DNA of 64,000 nt from positions 576,001 through 640,000 of the forward strand of contig CAXXGI010000002.1 in NCBI GenBank assembly GCA_963674695.2, in the 5' to 3' direction. The stretch is from a bacterium (lineage in GTDB: Bacteria > UBA10199 > 2-02-FULL-44-16 > JAAZCA01). Below the pieces are notes generated by a model that was given only the letters and a program-made list of their open reading frames with translations, did no database searches and was not told where the DNA came from. This document shows, piece by piece, positions 1 to 8,066 of this stretch. Every line of letters begins with the position of its first letter. The first letter of the stretch is position 1. The position numbers and the translations under genes were made by a program.

Positions 1-838
1 CGATGAGACCGAAGCGCTGGCGATGATGGAGGCCCGTCTCGACCATTGCAGCCACGGCCGCTGCACGGCGATGGCGATACGGGGCATAGAGGGCGGGGGT
101 GGCGCAGAAGCGACAGGCGCGTGGGCAGCCGCGGCTGATCTCGATCAGGTGCATGTCGCCGAACTCCGCATCGTCGCTGTGCACGACCGTCTGCGTCGGC
201 CAGGCATCGAGATCGGCGGTGTATCGTCGCTCATCGAGCGGCGGGGTGTTCTCCGCGCTGGGGACGAAGACGCCCGGGCATTCGGCCAGGGCCTCGATCG
301 ATTGTTCACGCCCGACGTTTTCGGCCAACAGCGGGAAGAGGCCCTCGGCGAATGCCTCGGCCTCCCCCAGGCAGACGGCGTCGGCGATCTGCGCCAGCGG
401 CAGCGGGTTGAGCGTTGGCGCAGCTCCGCCCGCGATGATGAGTGGCGCATCCGCGCGGCGCTCGTTTGCGCGCAGGGGCAGGCCGATGAGCTCAAAGAGG
501 ATCGGCAGGTTGAGGAGGTCGTTCTCGAACGAGATGGTCAGCGCGATGACGTCGAAGTCGTTCACCGGTCGCTGCGATTCCAGCGTCAGGAGCGGCGTCT
601 TGGTGCGTTCGTATTGCGGGATTTCGCGGCGGTCCGGCAGGAAGGCGCGTTCGCAGAGTATGTCGGGGCGATCATTCAAGAGGCGATAGAGCGTATGGAC
701 GGCGAGGTTGCCCATGCCGACGCGATAGGGGTTGGGGGAGATGAGCGCCACACGGGTGCAACCCCCCGGATCCTTGACGATGACGCCGGATTCCCGGCCG
801 CACTGTGCCTGCAGGCGTTTTTTGAGATCCCAACTCAT
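1..838 (-). CDS. Radical SAM protein with N-terminal B12-binding-like domain (TIGR03960/YgiQ-like), runs off window start
   Basis: Manual translation from ATG at 838: MSWDLKKRLQ...ISPNPYRVGMGNLAVHTLY...CERAFLP...FDVIALTISFENDLLN...IAGGAAPTLNP...LIEISRGCPRACRFC (CxxxCxxC). Not in ORF track because it has no stop in the window. Confidence 0.85.
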   Translation of the reverse strand, partial: MSWDLKKRLQAQCGRESGVIVKDPGGCTRVALISPNPYRVGMGNLAVHTLYRLLNDRPDILCERAFLPDRREIPQYERTKTPLLTLESQRPVNDFDVIALTISFENDLLNLPILFELIGLPLRANERRADAPLIIAGGAAPTLNPLPLAQIADAVCLGEAEAFAEGLFPLLAENVGREQSIEALAECPGVFVPSAENTPPLDERRYTADLDAWPTQTVVHSDDAEFGDMHLIEISRGCPRACRFCATPALYAPYRHRRAAAVAAMVETGLHHRQRFGLI

Positions 839-892
839 GTTCGGCCCATAGATCATTTATAAGGGGCTTGCAATGGCCGAACCTATTGGAGA

Positions 893-1028
893 TACGAAGG
901 ACGATCGCTCATAACTCTTCGTTGGGACGAAGGGCGATCGATTCCTTCGGGATCTTGGATGAATGGTGAAAACGATTTTTCGCCCCTCGTCCGAGAGAAC
1001 GAAGTGAACGTTCGCCCCTCGTCCTTCG
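893..1028. repeat. Palindromic intergenic element, GACGAAGG family
   Basis: CGAAGGACGA...TCGTCCTTCG ends; internal GATCGATTCCTTCGGGATC and GAACGAAGTGAACG resemble segments of the copies at 28.7 and 30.5 kb. Confidence 0.7.
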
Positions 1029-1037
1029 GGGTTTTTC

Positions 1038-1538
1038 ATGCTTCCCTGGGGAAAACGCGCACAGGCGGTGAAAAGGGCCGAGGAGCTCCTGGAGGCCTGT
1101 TGCCGGCGGCTGGAGTTGGCGCCAAAGGTGCTGGATAAGGGTGCGCGCGACTGGATCGGGAGGCGGAACTGGCCCGCCGATTCCGCGGAGATGGATCGCG
1201 TCGTCACCTATGCCGCGCTCACCGCCCCCGGCGAGACGATCGAGGCGGCTCACTTTGCGCCCCGCCGTCGCTGCGATCATGAGGCGTTCGGGCCGGCGCA
1301 GTTCGACGCGATGGCGCTCGAAGAGATCGTGCGCCAAAAGGTGGGACACTTCTTTGGGCGGCTTGGGCCCCATGAGGTGCGCGGCGTCTATCGGACCGTC
1401 ATCGATCAGGTGGAGCGCGCACTCATCGAGGAAGCCCTGCGCTGGGCCGAGGGCAATCAACTCAAAGCCGCACGGGTATTGGGCATCAGCCGCAACACGC
1501 TGCGGAAGAAGATGCACGATTTGAAATGCGGACCATAG
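1038..1538 (+). CDS. Fis-family HTH_8 protein with a remnant sigma54-activator AAA+ lid
   Basis: C-terminal VERALIEEALRWAEGNQLKAARVLGISRNTLRKKM; N-terminal WPADSAEMDRVV resembles WPGNxREL; no Walker A or GAFTGA. Confidence 0.8.
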   Translation: MLPWGKRAQAVKRAEELLEACCRRLELAPKVLDKGARDWIGRRNWPADSAEMDRVVTYAALTAPGETIEAAHFAPRRRCDHEAFGPAQFDAMALEEIVRQKVGHFFGRLGPHEVRGVYRTVIDQVERALIEEALRWAEGNQLKAARVLGISRNTLRKKMHDLKCGP

Positions 1539-1572
1539 ACGAAAGCAGATTGCTGACGTAGTTTTCTCCTGG

Positions 1573-1647
1573 TGTCATTCCCGCGGGGGTAAGCGGGAAT
1601 CTCGATTCTGATGGTCCATCGAGATCCCCGCTTTCGCGGGGATGACA
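1573..1647. repeat. REP-like TGTCATTCCCGC...GGGATGACA double hairpin
   Basis: TGTCATTCCCGC..GCGGGAATCTCG...CGAGATCCCCGCTTTCGCGGGGATGACA; about nine related full or partial copies in the window. Confidence 0.9.
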
Positions 1648-1707
1648 AACCTTGAGTTTGTCATCAAACTGTAAAGACCAAGCGGTGTTGTGAAGGGGTG
1701 TGTGAGC

Positions 1708-2403
1708 ATGAATGCGGATGCATTGAACTCGGATCTTGAACAACGGATCACGGATCACGGATCACGGATCGCGGGTCTCTACGCCATCGTCGATTCACAA
1801 TGGAATCCGTGTGCCACGCTCGCGGCGCTCGCCGAGCGCTATCTCGAAGGCGAGTGCCGGTTGTTACAATTGAGGATGAAGGACGTCCGGGATCCGGGAT
1901 CCGGGATCCGGGATCCGATGCGAAAAGAGGCCGAGGCGATCATGCGGCTGAAGGATCGCTTCGATTTTACGTTCATCGTCAACGACCACGCTGACCTCGC
2001 CCGCGAGGTCGGCGCCGATGGCGTGCACGTGGGTGAGAACGACGAGTCGGTTGCGGCGATTCGCGCGCGCCATGGCGCGCATCTGCTCATCGGCTATTCG
2101 TCGCACTCGGTCGATGAGGCGAGGAACGCGGTCGATGCCGGCGCGGACTATGTCGCCTTTGGCGCGATCTTTCCGACCAAGACCAAGGGGCCGGGGCACC
2201 CGGTGCAGGGGCTCGACCGGTTGAAGGCACTCGCCGCATCCGTCGATGTGCCGGTCGTGGCCATCGGCGGCATCACGCGCGAGAACGTGCACGCCGTCGT
2301 CGACGCAGGCGCCGATGCCGTGGCGATGATCACCGCGCTTTCGCAGGCGCAAGATATGGTGGAAGAGACGAAGTGGTTCACTCGTGAGATGGCAAAATGG
2401 TGA
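1708..2403 (+). CDS. thiE: Thiamine-phosphate synthase
   Basis: LQLRMK, FIVNDH, ADGVHVG, GYSSHS, DYVAFGAIFPTKTK, PVVAIGGI. Start could be the GTG at 1690. Confidence 0.93.
   Translation: MNADALNSDLEQRITDHGSRIAGLYAIVDSQWNPCATLAALAERYLEGECRLLQLRMKDVRDPGSGIRDPMRKEAEAIMRLKDRFDFTFIVNDHADLAREVGADGVHVGENDESVAAIRARHGAHLLIGYSSHSVDEARNAVDAGADYVAFGAIFPTKTKGPGHPVQGLDRLKALAASVDVPVVAIGGITRENVHAVVDAGADAVAMITALSQAQDMVEETKWFTREMAKW
1743..1770 (+). repeat. Tandem heptamer (ACGGATC)x4 inside thiE
   Basis: Read directly; encodes roughly QRITDHGSRI. Confidence 0.9.
1887..1917 (+). repeat. Tandem heptamer (CCGGGAT)x4+CCG inside thiE
   Basis: Read directly; encodes RDPGSGIRDP just after QLRMKDV. Confidence 0.92.
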
Positions 2404-2482
2404 GATCGCGAGATAGTGAGATGGCTAAATAGCGTGATGGCTTAAGAACGCTTTTACGATTGAGCCATCTCACGATCTCACG
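2383..2482. repeat. Degenerate GTGAGATG octamer array with inverted copies, overlapping the thiE stop
   Basis: gtgagatg/gtgagatc/gcgagata/gtgagatg followed by ccatctcacgatctcacg. Confidence 0.65.
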
Positions 2483-2490
2483 GAGTTTTT

Positions 2491-3261
2491 ATGACCAAAA
2501 AATACGTCCTAGCCATCGCGGGTTCCGATCCCTCCGGGGGGGCGGGGGTGCACGCCGATGTGCGCACGCTCTCGGATCTGGGCGTGCATGCGCTCATGGC
2601 CATCACCGCGATCACTGCGCAGAACGATGAGGCGGTCATCGCCATCCATCCGACGCCCGCCGATGTGCTGACCCAGCAGATCTCGACCGCGTGCAAGGGC
2701 AAGGAGATCGCGGCGGTCAAGATCGGCATGGTCGCCACCAAGGCGAACGTGCGGGCAATCACCTGGTCGCTCCAGCAGATCAAGTCGGCGCATGTCGTGA
2801 TCGACCCGATCATGCACTCCTCCTCCGGTGCCGCGCTCCTGGAGAGCAACGCCATCGCGCTCTATCGACAGACGCTCCTGCCGCTGGCGACGGTCGTTAC
2901 GCCGAACCTGATGGAGGCGCAGGCCTTGGCCGGCATGCAGGTGGCGAGCTTGGAGACCATGCGCACGGCCGCCGAGGTGATCCACGGCGATCTGATCAAG
3001 CGGCGTGGCGGCGCGGGCAGGCAGCTCTCGGTCATCATCAAGGGCGGGCACCTGGAAGGGGATGCCATCGACGTTCTCTTCGACGGTGAGAAATTCCATA
3101 GCTTCTCCGCTCCGCGCATTCCGGGGCTTTCCCCGCGCGGAACCGGCTGCCGTTTCTCCTCGGCGATCGCCGCTCACCTGGCCAAAGGCGAGCCGATCAC
3201 CTCCGCCGTCCCCCGCGCCAAGGAATACCTGGCCTGGTATATCGAGCGGGCATCGGTGTAG
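2491..3261 (+). CDS. thiD: Hydroxymethylpyrimidine/phosphomethylpyrimidine kinase
   Basis: LAIAGSDPSGGAGVHAD, TAITAQN, VKIGM, DPIM, VVTPNLMEA, KGGH, RGTGCRFSSAIAA. Confidence 0.95.
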   Translation: MTKKYVLAIAGSDPSGGAGVHADVRTLSDLGVHALMAITAITAQNDEAVIAIHPTPADVLTQQISTACKGKEIAAVKIGMVATKANVRAITWSLQQIKSAHVVIDPIMHSSSGAALLESNAIALYRQTLLPLATVVTPNLMEAQALAGMQVASLETMRTAAEVIHGDLIKRRGGAGRQLSVIIKGGHLEGDAIDVLFDGEKFHSFSAPRIPGLSPRGTGCRFSSAIAAHLAKGEPITSAVPRAKEYLAWYIERASV

Positions 3262-3280
3262 CGATAGGTGAATCCTCCGA

Positions 3281-3310
3281 TTGACAAAAGTGCTATATTA
3301 TAGTACTTTT
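3281..3310 (+). promoter_or_regulatory. sigma70 promoter TTGACA-17-TACTTT overlapped by a palindromic operator; predicted leaderless mRNA
   Basis: TTGACA 3281-3286 and TACTTT 3304-3309; AAAAGTGCTATA-T-TATAGTACTTTT (11/12 inverted repeat); ATG begins 7 nt after the -10 with no SD. Confidence 0.75.
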
Positions 3311-3315
3311 ATCGT

Positions 3316-3684
3316 ATGTATATTTCCTCGAAAAAACTCAAAAACATCTGTAAGCACAAGGGGTTGAAGCTCGGTGAGCTGTTGGAGAAGGCCGATGTCA
3401 GCAAAACCGCATTTTATGCGCTCGTTCGGAAGGAGGATATCCTGCCGCGTTCCATCCGTTCGATTGCATCGGCCTTGGGCGAATCACCATCTGTGTTTCT
3501 GGAGGAGGAGAGCCCTGAGGAGCGGAAGATCAAGCGACTCATCAAAAGGATGAACGCTATCGTGAGGCGTAAGCCGAATCTCGATCGAGACAATGTCTGG
3601 CACACGCTGCTGCTCTTGAGCGAGAGGCCGGTCGTTCGACTGCGAAGGGGGCTGACCCGTGGCAGAAAAATCGATTTTCACTGA
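3316..3684 (+). CDS. Xre/Cro-like HTH protein, putative antitoxin/regulator
   Basis: LKNICKHKGLKLGELLEKADVSKTAFYALV...SIRSIASALG; overlaps the next gene. Confidence 0.75.
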   Translation: MYISSKKLKNICKHKGLKLGELLEKADVSKTAFYALVRKEDILPRSIRSIASALGESPSVFLEEESPEERKIKRLIKRMNAIVRRKPNLDRDNVWHTLLLLSERPVVRLRRGLTRGRKIDFH

Positions 3685-4129
3685 CAGAGAGATCGCTTTT
3701 TTAAAGGAGCTCGTCGGTCAGAAGGTTCCATTCATGATTGTGGGCCTCTCTGCGGCCGCCCTCCAGGGAGCGCCCGTCGTCACCCAGGATGTCGATCTCT
3801 GGTTTGAAGACATCGCCGACGCCGGGATCGCCAAGGCGCTCAAAAAAATGGGGGGAAGTTATATCCCTCCAACGATGCTCAATCCCCCCCTCTTCGCGGG
3901 AGGGGACGTCGAACTCTTCGATATCGTCCTGACGATGCATGGCCTCGATTCCTTTTCCGTCGAGCTCAAGGACTCCATCGAAATCAAGCTCGGCTCCTGC
4001 AAGGTGCACGTGCTCCCGCTCGAAAGAATCATCAAGAGCAAGGAGACCCTCTTGCGGCCAAAGGATAAGCTCGTGCTCCCCGTGCTCAAGGATGCGCTCG
4101 AAACGATACGTGCAAACAGGAAGAAATAA
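3659..4129 (+). CDS. Minimal nucleotidyltransferase (pol-beta superfamily, AbiEii/DUF6036-like), putative toxin
   Basis: IVGLSAAALQGAPVVTQDVDL (GxxA..G...TxDxD) and KSKETLLRPKDK (K....RxKD). Confidence 0.75.
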   Translation: MAEKSIFTDREIAFLKELVGQKVPFMIVGLSAAALQGAPVVTQDVDLWFEDIADAGIAKALKKMGGSYIPPTMLNPPLFAGGDVELFDIVLTMHGLDSFSVELKDSIEIKLGSCKVHVLPLERIIKSKETLLRPKDKLVLPVLKDALETIRANRKK

Positions 4130-4153
4130 GGGTGCTTCTCGTGAGGGTGTGTG

Positions 4154-4183
4154 AAAAAACGCCCCGCTCATGCGAGCGGGGCG
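4154..4183 (-). terminator. Intrinsic terminator for the HEAT genes
   Basis: CGCCCCGCTC-ATGC-GAGCGGGGCG stem; A6 on + strand gives a U-tract on the minus strand. Confidence 0.7.
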
Positions 4184-4207
4184 AGATTGCTGACAAACCT
4201 GTGTTTT

Positions 4208-4282
4208 TGTCATCCCTGCGAACGCGGGGGTCTCGATGTACCGCGACAACCGAGATTCCCGCTGACCCCTGTGGGAATGACA
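4208..4282. repeat. REP-like TGTCAT...ATGACA element (opposite orientation to the 1573 copy)
   Basis: TGTCATCCCTGCGAACGCGGGGGTCTCG...CGAGATTCCCGC...GGGAATGACA. Confidence 0.85.
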
Positions 4283-4289
4283 GCACCCA

Positions 4290-5639
4290 TCAGCTCTTTC
4301 CACTTTCGATGCAATTGCCGTGGCCGCAGTTGGCTTTCGGTGTCGGGATGGGGATTCCCAAGCGGTCGAGCGTCTGCAGGGAGGCGGCGCGCACCTGGGG
4401 GTCGTTGGCCTCAATTTTATTGAGCTGAAGTGCCTTGATGATATGGGTGCGAAGCTTGCCGTGTTTGACGCCGAGGATACCGATGAGCACCGTCGCTTCG
4501 CGCGTCCGGGCCAGATCCGGCGTTTGCTTCAGATTGAGGAACTGGGCGATGGCGCCGATCTCCGCAGTTATTGCCTGCGGGTTGTCGTTGGCAATCTCGG
4601 TGAGCGATTGGAAGGCCGCCATGGCGACGTTGGAAAAGGGGTCGCTGATGAGTTCGGCCAGGATTGCCACGCTTCCCTCGGCGACAAAGTCCTTGAGCCT
4701 GTTCGCGGCTGCCTCGCGCTTGGCGTTGTCGAAGTCCCTGCTCTGGACCTTGAGCGCCTCGAATGCCGTCCGCCGTTCCTCGCGCACGGCCGCTTCGATC
4801 ATGTTGTCCATTTCGGCGAGCTTCTCTTTGAGGCTTGTGGCGATTGTCTTCGTGTCCGCGGTGGCGTCCTCTTCGGATTTCGGTGCAAGCTCCTCTTTGA
4901 CGGGGTCCAGGTGCGTCGCGTCCTTCTGTGCGATCAGCAGGAGTTCTGCGGTCGCCGCATGGGCGACCGCAAGCTGTTCATCCTTCGTCAGGGAGACGAG
5001 CGTTTGTATGATCTCCGGATGGTGCGCATAGCGGGAGAGCCCCTCGATCTGTCGCGCCCGGAAACCCGGTTGTTTCGATGCGGATAGGGCGATCGCATGT
5101 TTTTCCCTGAACGCATTGCGCTCATCGTTCATCCGGATTGCGGTGACGAGTTTCGCGATATCATCGGCGCTGAGCTTTTCGGTGACAAGCTGTTCGACGA
5201 AGAGCCGCCCGATGACGTCTCGCGAGCTGTTGAGCGACAGCTCGGTCGAGGGGATCACCTCGGTAAAGACATCGATGAGCCGGTCGTCGATCTCGATGTC
5301 ATCGGGGCTCGGATGGATGAAGGGTTGGAGCGGTGCGAATGCAGGCGTGCTCATCACGATCTCGAAGAGCTGGTCGTCGGCGGAGATGCGGTCCGTGTCT
5401 CGGTCGTGTCCGGACATTCGCCTCCAGGCCTGCTGGTATTGGGCGAAGCTCAAGTCAGGCTTTGAAGGAAATTCAGGGATGGTGATCGTGCAATAATTGC
5501 TGCATTCATGTGCCGATTCCTTCGCTTGCGTGCAGGCGGTGATGAATTCGGGTTCATCCTCCAGCTCGCGCCCGAAGAGCTTCTTCTGCATCGCGCTGCA
5601 GATCGCGTGGGTCCTGATGTCGACGTAGGTGTTGCCCAT
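4290..5639 (-). CDS. HEAT-repeat orphan protein with Cys-motif caps (paralog B)
   Basis: HEAT-like DPFSNVAMAAFQSL and DPQVRAASLQTL; N-terminal ICSAMQKKLFG...CSNYC; C-terminal CGHGNC; SD AAGGAG. Confidence 0.8.
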   Translation of the reverse strand: MGNTYVDIRTHAICSAMQKKLFGRELEDEPEFITACTQAKESAHECSNYCTITIPEFPSKPDLSFAQYQQAWRRMSGHDRDTDRISADDQLFEIVMSTPAFAPLQPFIHPSPDDIEIDDRLIDVFTEVIPSTELSLNSSRDVIGRLFVEQLVTEKLSADDIAKLVTAIRMNDERNAFREKHAIALSASKQPGFRARQIEGLSRYAHHPEIIQTLVSLTKDEQLAVAHAATAELLLIAQKDATHLDPVKEELAPKSEEDATADTKTIATSLKEKLAEMDNMIEAAVREERRTAFEALKVQSRDFDNAKREAAANRLKDFVAEGSVAILAELISDPFSNVAMAAFQSLTEIANDNPQAITAEIGAIAQFLNLKQTPDLARTREATVLIGILGVKHGKLRTHIIKALQLNKIEANDPQVRAASLQTLDRLGIPIPTPKANCGHGNCIESGKS

Positions 5640-5676
5640 GATCGTGCTCCTTTATCGTTTTGTCGTGGAGGCGATC

Positions 5677-7956
5677 TCACCATTCGTTGTGGTAAGACGC
5701 TGCCTCGACCTTCTGTTTGGTGCAGGTGCCGTTCCGGCAGCCGGTCTCGGGGGTTCCGGGCGATGCGCCCAAACGACCGAGTGTCTGAATGGAAGCGGCC
5801 TTGACCATGGTGTCGCTCGCATTTTCGGCGTTGAACCGGAGCACCTTGATGAGGTGGCTGCGGAACGCGCCGGGGGCGACGCCGACGACCCCGATGAGCG
5901 TCGTCGCCTCGCGCGTCTGCGCGGCGCTCGGGGACTGCTTCATATTGAGCAGCGGCGTGATCTGGTCGACGTATCGGGCCACGGCCTCCGGCTCGACCTT
6001 GGTGATCTCGGTGAGCGTCTGAAAGGCCGTCATGGCGACGTTGCTGAAGGGGTCCTTTGTCAGCTGGATCAGGACGGGCACGGCGCCATAGCCGACATAC
6101 CCTTTGAGCTCTTCGGCGGCTTCCTCGCGAGTGGCGTTGTCGAAATCGACCGCTTTGATTGCGAGCTCTTTAAATTCGCTGTTTTTTCGGTAGGCTTCGA
6201 TGAACAAGTCCTCTGCGGTGAGGTTGTCTTTGCCGACGACCCCGGCGATCGTCTTGAGCTGATTCTGTGTGAGCGGATGCGCTTTTCTTTCTTCTGTTCC
6301 GACAGTGACGGTGTCGAGCGCTTCGAGTGCGGCTTCGACGATCTCCTTGTCCGAGCTCGTGGCCGCTCGAATCAGGATGGGGACGGAACCGCGGTGCGCA
6401 TACTCGCCCAATTCTTTGATGGCCTTTGCGCGTTTTTCAATGTCCTCCTCGTTTTTGACCTCGTCGCACAGATGTTCAAATGCCAATTTCTCCTCGTAGA
6501 TATCTTCGAACGATTCCTCCGCGGAGAGATCGGCCTTGCCGACGACCCGGGCGATCGTCCGGAGCTGGCTCGGGCTGACGGTGACGGTGGCGCGATCGAG
6601 GGATGCGAGCGCCGCCCCGACGACGTCCTCGTTCGAATCCTTGACCAGGCGCATGAGGACCGGCGTGGCCCCCCGATCGATGCAATCGCCCAGCAGTTTG
6701 GCTGCACTCGCTCGTTTCTCGGGATCGGAGGAACGGGCATCCTGACACAGGACCGGGAAGAGGTCCTTCCGGTCGAATTCATCGGTGAAGTTGTGATCCC
6801 GGGTGACCTTGGGCAATCCGACGATGCGGGCGATCTGCGGCAGCAGGCCGTCGACGGCGCCCGTGACCGTCGTGTCTTCGTTATTCGAGAGGGCGTCGAT
6901 TTGGATCAACACGCCTCGGACGACCGTCTTGTCCGGATCCTTCAGGAGCGGGGCGACGAGATCGATCAACGTCATCGGGTGGAGAAATTCTTTGGCATAT
7001 TGAACGGCCTGCAGGCGATCTTTGGCATCGCTCGATTCGGTCATCCGCTGAATCGCCTGGGCCTGCATGCCGATCTTCTCTTCGATGAGCGCCTCCATCT
7101 CCGGCGAGATGGCCTCAGCATCTTTCTTCCGCATTTCGTCGAGCGCGCGCTTCGCGTCGAGGGCGGTCTCGATCTGATCGCAGCCGAGGATGGCCACGAG
7201 GGCAGGGACGATGTCGCCCACGTCGCTGTAGTCGGAGATATGGGTCAGTACGGTGCCCGGGTCGGTGGCGACCATTCCCTTCAAGGCTTCGAATTTCAAT
7301 TGGATGTATTTCTCTGCGCGCGTCTGCATCGCCGGCGAGATGTATTCGGGATGATCCTCCGCGATGGCCTTGAGCGCATCTTTCGCCGCCACGGCGACGC
7401 CGAAGTCCCGGTCATTCGTGAGCGCGACGAGTGTGATGATGGCGTTCGGGTGAACCGCATACTGCTTCAGATGAGAGACGGCGGCGAGACGATCCGAGCC
7501 CTGAAGGAGGGCCGCACCGGTGATGTTGGCGATTGAAGTGTTCTTTTCGGTTACCAAATCCACCAAGAGGTTGAGATCCTCAGTCGAGATCGTGGAATCA
7601 GCGGTCACATAATCTTGGTTGTTGTAGTTATAGCCGTCGCCCGTAAAAATGTGAGAGGCCCGTTCCTTGAGTGCGATATCCTCCGAAATCAGGGCGGTAA
7701 ACATTTCGCTCACCGAAAAATAATCGGCGAAGTCTCCTTGGCCGGCATATGTATCGAAGAGGGCGAGAGCTCGGTTTTGCTGATCTGTATCGGCGATCTG
7801 TTCTTGCAGATCGTCTCGCGAGATGGACGAACAAAAGGAGTTGCATGAGTTCCCCTCCCGACAACCCAGGTCTTCTCCAACCTCCTGTCCGAACAACTGT
7901 TGCTGGATGGCGCTGCACGTTTCGTATGATTTGAGTTTTACGGCTTTGTCGCTCAT
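5677..7956 (-). CDS. HEAT-repeat orphan protein with Cys-motif caps (paralog A)
   Basis: Multiple HEAT units (DPDKTVVRG, DSNEDVVGAALASL, DKEIVEAALEAL, DPFSNVAMTAFQTL); start reassigned to MSDKAVK behind GGGAGG. Confidence 0.82.
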   Translation of the reverse strand: MSDKAVKLKSYETCSAIQQQLFGQEVGEDLGCREGNSCNSFCSSISRDDLQEQIADTDQQNRALALFDTYAGQGDFADYFSVSEMFTALISEDIALKERASHIFTGDGYNYNNQDYVTADSTISTEDLNLLVDLVTEKNTSIANITGAALLQGSDRLAAVSHLKQYAVHPNAIITLVALTNDRDFGVAVAAKDALKAIAEDHPEYISPAMQTRAEKYIQLKFEALKGMVATDPGTVLTHISDYSDVGDIVPALVAILGCDQIETALDAKRALDEMRKKDAEAISPEMEALIEEKIGMQAQAIQRMTESSDAKDRLQAVQYAKEFLHPMTLIDLVAPLLKDPDKTVVRGVLIQIDALSNNEDTTVTGAVDGLLPQIARIVGLPKVTRDHNFTDEFDRKDLFPVLCQDARSSDPEKRASAAKLLGDCIDRGATPVLMRLVKDSNEDVVGAALASLDRATVTVSPSQLRTIARVVGKADLSAEESFEDIYEEKLAFEHLCDEVKNEEDIEKRAKAIKELGEYAHRGSVPILIRAATSSDKEIVEAALEALDTVTVGTEERKAHPLTQNQLKTIAGVVGKDNLTAEDLFIEAYRKNSEFKELAIKAVDFDNATREEAAEELKGYVGYGAVPVLIQLTKDPFSNVAMTAFQTLTEITKVEPEAVARYVDQITPLLNMKQSPSAAQTREATTLIGVVGVAPGAFRSHLIKVLRFNAENASDTMVKAASIQTLGRLGASPGTPETGCRNGTCTKQKVEAASYHNEW

Positions 7957-7995
7957 GTCTTCCTCCCGTGTGGTGTTTGCTGAAATGATATCTCC

Positions 7996-8022
7996 GTATC
8001 GCACTTCGCACGATTCTGTTGT
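7996..8022 (-). promoter_or_regulatory. sigma28-like promoter ACAAC-N15-GCGATAC
   Basis: Reverse complement of gtatcgc-15nt-gttgt, 40 nt upstream of ATG 7956. Confidence 0.65.
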
Positions 8023-8066
8023 GCGAAAACGTGTTCATCGCCCGAAAAAACGTCTGTGAAGAAATG

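Noticed and set aside
23-862. 279-aa plus-strand ORF
   Set aside because: Antisense shadow of the minus-strand radical SAM gene, which has the CxxxCxxC motif.
1540-1707. Possible TPP riboswitch upstream of thiE-thiD
   Set aside because: No CTGAGA / ACCTGA..CAG.TAATGC core; the region is occupied by a REP element.
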